DNA from: an uncultured Muribaculaceae bacterium
Lineage (GTDB): Bacteria; Pseudomonadota; Alphaproteobacteria; Rs-D84
Assembly (NCBI GenBank): GCA_964587855.1
Contig: CAZPLT010000001.1
Coordinates: 83,523-147,522 of the forward strand
Direction of reading: 5' to 3'
Length of the DNA: 64,000 nucleotides
Below are positions 58,718 to 64,000 of the stretch, piece by piece; the stretch's first letter is position 1, and each line of letters starts with the position of its first letter. The notes below the pieces were generated by a model. The model was not told where the DNA came from and did not search any database. It was given only the letters and a program-made list of their open reading frames with translations. Both the position numbers and the translations under genes were made by a program.

Positions 58718-60598
58718 ATGTCAAAAGTATTGGGTATTGATTTGGGTACAACCAACAGCGCTATGGCGTTTATGGATGGCACAGATCCAAAGATTATTGA
58801 AAATGCCGAGGGTCAGCGTACTACGCCGTCAATTGTCGCATTTGCTTCAAATGGCGAACAATTGGTTGGTATTACCGCTAAAAACCAAGCGGTTACAAAT
58901 CCTGTAAATACAGTTTATGAAATTAAACGTTTAATGGGACTGCGCTTTGATTCCGCAGAAGTGAAAGAAATTCAAAAACATATTCCATATAAAATTGTTG
59001 CGGGCGATAATACTGGGGACGCCTGGGTTGAGATTGATGGGAAAAAATATGCCCCATCACAAATTAGCGCGATGATTTTGGGCAAATTGAAAAAAGATGC
59101 TGAAAGTTATTTGGGCGAAAAGATTTCAGATGCGGTTATAACTGTTCCTGCATACTTTAACGACGCTCAACGTCAAGCAACCAAAGATGCTGGTCGTATT
59201 GCGGGCTTGAATGTTTTGCGTATTGTTAACGAGCCAACCGCTGCTGCATTGGCATACGGTTTGGACAAGAACAAAAATGGCACAGTTGCTGTTTATGACC
59301 TTGGTGGTGGAACATTTGATATATCCATTTTGGAAATTATTGATGGAGTGTTCGAAGTTAAATCCACAAACGGCGATACTATGCTGGGTGGAGCAGACTT
59401 TGATGCGCGCATCTTGCAACACCTGATTGCAGAGTTCAAATTGCAAAGCGGAATTGACATCAGCGGCGATAAACTGGCACTGCAACGCTTGAAAGAGGCC
59501 GCGGAAAAGGCAAAAATTGAATTGTCCAGCAAAACATCAACTGACATCAATTTGCCATTCTTGACCGCAACAGCTTCGGGTCCGGTGCATTTCAACACTA
59601 ACCTGTCGCGCGCCAAATTGGAATCTTTGGTTGCAGATTTGATTGATCGCACAATTGAACCCTGCAAGAAAGCATTAAAAGACGCTGGAATTGAAAAATC
59701 TCAAATTAACGAAGTTATTTTGGTCGGTGGTCAAACCCGTATGCCAAAGGTTATGGAGGTCGTTAAAGAATTCTTTGGACGCGAACCACATAAAGGCGTT
59801 AACCCTGATGAAGTTGTTGCGTTGGGTGCGGCAATACAGGGCGGTGTTTTAAAAGGTGATGTCAAAGACGTTTTATTATTGGATGTTACCCCATTATCGC
59901 TGGGTATTGAAACTTTGGGCGGTGTTTTCACACGCTTGATTGATAGAAATACAACTATTCCAACAAAGAAATCCCAAGTATTTTCAACTGCTGAAGATAA
60001 TCAAAATGCGGTTACAATTCGTGTTTTCCAGGGTGAACGAGAAATGGCGGCGGACAATAAATTGTTGGGACAATTTAATCTAGAAGGTATTGCACCTGCT
60101 CCACGTGGTATGCCCCAGATAGAAGTATCATTTGATATTGATGCAAATGGTATCGTTCATGTGTCAGCCAAGGACAAAGGCACCGGTAAAGAACAAATGA
60201 TTTCCATTAAATCTGACGGCGGTTTGTCCGAAGAAGAAATCAAAAAAATGATGTCCGAAGCTGAAGCAAACGCAGAAACCGATCGCAAAAAGCGTGAATT
60301 GGCCGAAGCCAGAAATCAAGCTGAAACCGCAGTTTTTGCAACTGAAAAATCATTAAAAGAACACGGGGACAAGGTTGACGCTGCAACCCGTGATGCAATA
60401 GAATCAGCCAAAAAAGCAGTAAGCGAAGAATTGGCTAAATCAGATGCCACGGCAGAAGATTTAAAAACTGCGACAGAAAAATTGACCGAGGCCGCAATGA
60501 AATTGGGCGAAGCAATTTATAAAGCGCAGCAAGCCGAAGCCAAACCAGATGAAAAACCTGATGACGGCGTACAAGATGCCGAAGTCACGGAAAAATAA
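58718..60598 (+). CDS. dnaK: Chaperone DnaK (Hsp70)
   Basis: [27 protein letters not shown] and full-length Hsp70. Confidence 0.97.
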   Translation: MSKVLGIDLGTTNSAMAFMDGTDPKIIENAEGQRTTPSIVAFASNGEQLVGITAKNQAVTNPVNTVYEIKRLMGLRFDSAEVKEIQKHIPYKIVAGDNTGDAWVEIDGKKYAPSQISAMILGKLKKDAESYLGEKISDAVITVPAYFNDAQRQATKDAGRIAGLNVLRIVNEPTAAALAYGLDKNKNGTVAVYDLGGGTFDISILEIIDGVFEVKSTNGDTMLGGADFDARILQHLIAEFKLQSGIDISGDKLALQRLKEAAEKAKIELSSKTSTDINLPFLTATASGPVHFNTNLSRAKLESLVADLIDRTIEPCKKALKDAGIEKSQINEVILVGGQTRMPKVMEVVKEFFGREPHKGVNPDEVVALGAAIQGGVLKGDVKDVLLLDVTPLSLGIETLGGVFTRLIDRNTTIPTKKSQVFSTAEDNQNAVTIRVFQGEREMAADNKLLGQFNLEGIAPAPRGMPQIEVSFDIDANGIVHVSAKDKGTGKEQMISIKSDGGLSEEEIKKMMSEAEANAETDRKKRELAEARNQAETAVFATEKSLKEHGDKVDAATRDAIESAKKAVSEELAKSDATAEDLKTATEKLTEAAMKLGEAIYKAQQAEAKPDEKPDDGVQDAEVTEK

Positions 60599-60603
60599 AC
60601 AAA

Positions 60604-60636
60604 TGGGGTGATGTTTCAAACATCACCCTTTTTTAT
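60604..60636 (+). terminator. Rho-independent terminator after dnaK
   Basis: ggtgatg-tttcaaa-catcacc plus T6. Confidence 0.75.
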
Positions 60637-60671
60637 TGGTTTATTTTATATTTTATTTTATAATCTCTTTT

Positions 60672-61514
60672 ATGAAACATATACCGGTTCTTTTGGAAAG
60701 CGTTTTGAAAACTCTGGGCGACATCAGTGGTAAAACTGTTATTGATGGTACATTTGGCGCGGGTGGTTATACACGCGCTTTCCTGCAGCGTGGTGCAAAT
60801 GTAATTGCTTTCGATAGGGATTCGTCTGTTATTCCAATAGCAGAAAGTATTTCCAAAGAATTTAAGAATAAATTTCAACTTATAAATTCCCCTTTTTCTG
60901 AATTAAATAAATTATCAAAATCAGTGGACGCGATTGTTTTTGATTTTGGTGTTTCTTCTATGCAGATTGATACGCCCGAGCGTGGGTTTTCATGGCGGTT
61001 TGATGCGTCATTGGATATGCGTATGGGGAATGGTGAAACAGCAGCTGATTTAATTGCGCGTTTATCTGTATCGGATTTAGCAAAAATTTTGGCCGAATAT
61101 GGTGATGTTAAGAAAGCGGGATCAATTGCGCGTGCAATGAAAGAATCCCTGCCCCAAACTACTTTTCAGTTGCGGAATTTGATTTATAATCCAAAAGATA
61201 TTGCACTTGTATTTCAAGCTTTGCGTATCGCGGTAAACGATGAATTGGGCCAAATTTCTGCCGCATTGGACGCTGTGCCAAATCTTTTAAATACGGGTGG
61301 GGTTTGTGTTTGTGTAACATTTCATTCGCTAGAGGACAGAATTGTAAAATCAAAATTTCACGAATGGACAACGCCAATTGGCGATCCACGATTTCTCGCC
61401 GCGCCTGCCCCATTCGAGGCATTAAAAACTTATCGTCCATCTGAATCTGAAATAGAGTTAAATTCTCGGGCTAGATCGGCTCATTTACGTGCGGTAAGAA
61501 AAATAAAAATATAA
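60672..61514 (+). CDS. rsmH: 16S rRNA (cytosine1402-N4)-methyltransferase
   Basis: MKHIPVLLESVL...IDGTFGAGGY...VTFHSLEDRIVK are RsmH/MraW signatures. Confidence 0.9.
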   Translation: MKHIPVLLESVLKTLGDISGKTVIDGTFGAGGYTRAFLQRGANVIAFDRDSSVIPIAESISKEFKNKFQLINSPFSELNKLSKSVDAIVFDFGVSSMQIDTPERGFSWRFDASLDMRMGNGETAADLIARLSVSDLAKILAEYGDVKKAGSIARAMKESLPQTTFQLRNLIYNPKDIALVFQALRIAVNDELGQISAALDAVPNLLNTGGVCVCVTFHSLEDRIVKSKFHEWTTPIGDPRFLAAPAPFEALKTYRPSESEIELNSRARSAHLRAVRKIKI

Positions 61515-61565
61515 TTGACGTATAATGCGAAATTTTGTAATCTGCTGACGCAAAAAGGAAGAAAA

Positions 61566-62078
61566 ATGAAAAAGATTTTATCATTATCATTATTTGGTAT
61601 TTTATTATATGCTATTGGGATTAGCGCGGTATCTGCAGTGTGTCCTGTATGTACGGTTGCAGTTGGCGCTGGGCTTGAGGGCGCACGTTTATTGGGCGTA
61701 GATGATGTAATTACTGGAATTTGGGCCGGAGCATTGACTTTATCAATGTTTTTCTGGACAGTTGGATGGCTTAAAAAGCGCAATGTAAAAAGCTTGCTTT
61801 TACAAATAATTTTACCATTTGTTTTGTATTATGCATTATTGGCGGGTGTTTATTTAATGCCTGGAATAAATTTTGGCGAACAAAAAATGTTCGGAATTGA
61901 TAAGTTTTTGCTGGGCGTGATTGTCGGAACAATTTCATTCTATTTTGGCGCACGTTGGTATAAAAAGATAAAGCGCGATAATGGCGGACATGCAAAATTC
62001 GCATTTCAGAAAGTTATAGTTCCAATTTGTTTCTTGCTGATTGCGACAGCAATCTTTGCAACAATAGTATATTTATAA
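61566..62078 (+). CDS. Membrane protein with CPxC motif (171 aa), unknown
   Basis: 4-5 TM. AVCPVCTVAVGAG near the N-terminus. Confidence 0.45.
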   Translation: MKKILSLSLFGILLYAIGISAVSAVCPVCTVAVGAGLEGARLLGVDDVITGIWAGALTLSMFFWTVGWLKKRNVKSLLLQIILPFVLYYALLAGVYLMPGINFGEQKMFGIDKFLLGVIVGTISFYFGARWYKKIKRDNGGHAKFAFQKVIVPICFLLIATAIFATIVYL

Positions 62079-62096
62079 ACAAAGGATGATTGAAAA

Positions 62097-62690
62097 ATGA
62101 AGAAGAAAGTTGAAAAAAAATTAACTTTGGAACAATTGATTGAAAAAGCGGATAATGTGAAGAAAGCAAATCCATTGGATTTATCTTCGGATCAAGATTT
62201 AACAATTGCTTTGATGAATTTGGTATCACTGGAAGAACATTTTTTCTTTTCTGGTGCAAAAACCGGCAAAGTTGGTTTTTACGATTTGATAAATACAGTT
62301 CGTGATATGCGTAAAGAATTGATGTTGCGTATTGTAAAATCTAATGACTCAAAAAATGGCGAAGTATGGTGTATTTCAAAGCATTTATTGGCTGCATCAA
62401 TGAGATTAAAAGAAGTTGGCGATAAAGCAAATGCCCAGGGTAAGAAAAAAGACGCCCAAGATTTGTATGAGAAAGCATATGATTTGTATTCTTTGTTCTG
62501 GGGAATCAATATGAATTTAATTGATATGGATGGGGTAAAGAAAATTGATGGTGAAATTTTGCCTTATAAATCTGGCGAAGATTGTGAAGAAATGAAAATA
62601 AAGTTCGCAAAAAAAACACTTACAAAAAAATCAACGACCAAGCGTTTGGGTGATTGGGTTCGTAATGCGGTTAATTGCTGTATAGAATAA
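62097..62690 (+). CDS. Hypothetical protein (197 aa)
   Basis: ORF with RBS aaggatg. No recognisable motif. Confidence 0.4.
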   Translation: MKKKVEKKLTLEQLIEKADNVKKANPLDLSSDQDLTIALMNLVSLEEHFFFSGAKTGKVGFYDLINTVRDMRKELMLRIVKSNDSKNGEVWCISKHLLAASMRLKEVGDKANAQGKKKDAQDLYEKAYDLYSLFWGINMNLIDMDGVKKIDGEILPYKSGEDCEEMKIKFAKKTLTKKSTTKRLGDWVRNAVNCCIE

Positions 62691-62761
62691 AAAGTTCCCC
62701 TAATTATTGGGAAATTTTTATTTGCTTTTTAAATTGTGTTAATTAAAATAGCAGTTGCGTC

Positions 62762-62835
62762 GCGGGCGTAGTCCAATGGTAGAATGTAAGCTTCCCAAGC
62801 TTGAGACGAGGGTTCGATTCCCTTCGCCCGCACCA
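62762..62835 (+). tRNA. tRNA-Gly (anticodon CCC)
   Basis: GCGGGCGTAGTCCAATGGTAGAATGTAAGCTTCCCAAGCTTGAGACGAGGGTTCGATTCCCTTCGCCCGCACCA. Near-identical in architecture to enterobacterial glyU. Confidence 0.9.
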
Positions 62836-62853
62836 AAATAATAGGATAGTGTA

Positions 62854-63153
62854 ATGAAAGTTATAACAATGTGTGGTTCCTTAAAATTCGAGTCAGAATT
62901 TAAACACTGGTCTGAAAAATTAGAATTAGATGGTAATTGCGTTTTATCTATAATTTACCCAACTATTCCTGATAAAGATGCGTATACACCAGAGCAACAT
63001 GAGATTCTTGATATTATGCATAAAAAAAGAATTGATATGTCAGACGCTATTTTTGTAATAAATAAGAACGGTTATATTGGTGGTAGCACAAAGGCAGAAA
63101 TTGAATATGCCAAAGAAAAAAATAAAGAAATTTTATTTATGGAAAATAACTAA
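62854..63153 (+). CDS. Small Rossmann-like protein, possibly nucleoside 2-deoxyribosyltransferase-like fold (99 aa)
   Basis: MKVITMCGSL...NGYIGGSTKAEIEYAKEKNKEILF pattern. Immediately 3' of tRNA-Gly. Confidence 0.35.
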   Translation: MKVITMCGSLKFESEFKHWSEKLELDGNCVLSIIYPTIPDKDAYTPEQHEILDIMHKKRIDMSDAIFVINKNGYIGGSTKAEIEYAKEKNKEILFMENN

Positions 63154-63171
63154 TAAAATTAAGGTTTTAAA

Positions 63172-64000
63172 ATGATAGATTATAATAAAATCGCATCTGA
63201 TGTTTTGGATACAGAAATCAAGGGGTTAAGTGAATTAAAAACAGCGTTGATTGCGGACCCCGCATTTGGACGTGCTGTGGATTTGTTGGTACAAAGACGT
63301 GGCTCAATTGTTGTGACTGGAATGGGGAAATCAGGACACATTGCCAGAAAAATAGCAACAACAATGTCCAGTACAGGCAGCCGTGCATTTTTCTTGCATC
63401 CAGGCGAAGCATCACATGGTGATATGTCTATTATTTCTTCGGATGAAATTATTATTGCACTTTCTAATTCTGGTGAAACCAGAGAATTATTGGATATTGT
63501 CGGATATTCTAAACGATTTAATGTTCCCCTTATTTCAATTACCAGGGCTGAAAATTCTGCTTTGGCGCGTGCTGCTACGGTTTCTTTGGTTATGCCAGCT
63601 ATACCAGAATGTTGTATAATTGGTAAAGCACCAACGACCAGTATGTTACAGACAATGGCGTTGGGTGATGTGCTAACTGTTATTTTGGAACATGTAAATA
63701 ATTTAACCCCAGATATGTATAAAAGTTGGCATCCAGGTGGGAAATTAGGTGCATCTCTTATACGTGTATCAGATTTAATGCATAAAGGCGATGAATTACC
63801 AATTGTAAAAGAAAATGATTTATTTGAAACCGCGGTAGAGGTTATGGGACGCCCTGTTCGCTTTGGTTGTGTCGGAGTTGTTGATAATAATGGAAAATTG
63901 CTAGGTGTTTTCACCGATGGTGATATTCGCCGTCAAATTTCAAATGGGTTGCTTGGTAAGCAAATGAATGAAATTATGAAAACAAATCCACTGACAGTCA
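63172..64000 (+). CDS. kdsD: Arabinose-5-phosphate isomerase (SIS + CBS domains), 3'-truncated by window end
   Basis: Translating 63172 onward gives MIDYNKIASDVLDTEIKGL...GSIVVTGMGKSGHIARKIATTMSSTGSRAFFLHPGEASHGD...CVGVVDNNGKLLGVFTDGDIRR (SIS then CBS). It is absent from the ORF track because it has no stop in the window. The antisense ORF 63180-63914 is spurious. Confidence 0.85.
   Translation, partial: MIDYNKIASDVLDTEIKGLSELKTALIADPAFGRAVDLLVQRRGSIVVTGMGKSGHIARKIATTMSSTGSRAFFLHPGEASHGDMSIISSDEIIIALSNSGETRELLDIVGYSKRFNVPLISITRAENSALARAATVSLVMPAIPECCIIGKAPTTSMLQTMALGDVLTVILEHVNNLTPDMYKSWHPGGKLGASLIRVSDLMHKGDELPIVKENDLFETAVEVMGRPVRFGCVGVVDNNGKLLGVFTDGDIRRQISNGLLGKQMNEIMKTNPLTV

Noticed and set aside
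63180-63914. Minus-strand 244-aa ORF
   Set aside because: It is antisense to an unmistakable plus-strand kdsD (SIS/CBS) reading frame, which lacks a stop only because the window ends.
1-64000. CRISPR arrays, rRNA, IS/transposase or integrase genes
   Set aside because: I found no direct-repeat/spacer periodicity, no 16S/23S/5S-like conserved blocks, and no DDE transposase or tyrosine-recombinase motifs in any frame. The only repeats are the 57-bp tandem repeat (23825-23940), the Pro-repeat region (38850-39060) and the hairpins already listed.

Overview
This is an AT-rich (~35% GC) chromosomal segment. Gene content and synteny (GcrA, CarD/CdnL, ruvB-ybgC-tolQRA, lptC-lptB, lpxA-lpxB, no rpoN after lptB) point to an alphaproteobacterium of the Rickettsiales/Holosporales type, probably intracellular. 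Most of the window is conserved housekeeping core: rpsB-tsf, tyrS, PFOR, ssb, eno, lptB, rsmD, tadA, gpmI, rho, hisS-prfA, aroK, mscL, rpiB, tlyA, lpxAB, gcrA, tol cluster, ruvB, an EnvZ/OmpR-like pair, pfk, dnaK, rsmH, kdsD. I read six tRNAs by eye that the ORF track cannot see: Arg-CCT; a Gly-TCC/Tyr-GTA/Glu-TTC/Asp-GTC array; and Gly-CCC. I also read an SRP (4.5S) RNA on the minus strand at ~34.75 kb. I found no rRNA, CRISPR, transposase or integrase. Accessory-looking content is concentrated in five places. (i) 22.8-25.1 kb: a DxD glycosyltransferase-like gene followed by a Ser/Thr-rich tandem-repeat secreted protein. (ii) 5.5-6.4 kb: an APH/choline-kinase-fold gene inserted between envC and ctpA, apparently leaderless. 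(iii) 38.6-46.6 kb: a Pro-repeat bitopic protein next to gcrA, an orphan prepilin peptidase, and three large secreted proteins of unknown function flanking the tRNA array. (iv) 30-33.5 kb: an M23 peptidase-bactofilin pair, MscL with a zinc-ribbon tail, an acetyltransferase, an Imm-SHOCT protein and a 22-bp perfect palindrome. (v) Small unknown cassettes next to pfk/dnaK and to tRNA-Gly. All functional calls are from motif recognition by eye; no database search was possible.
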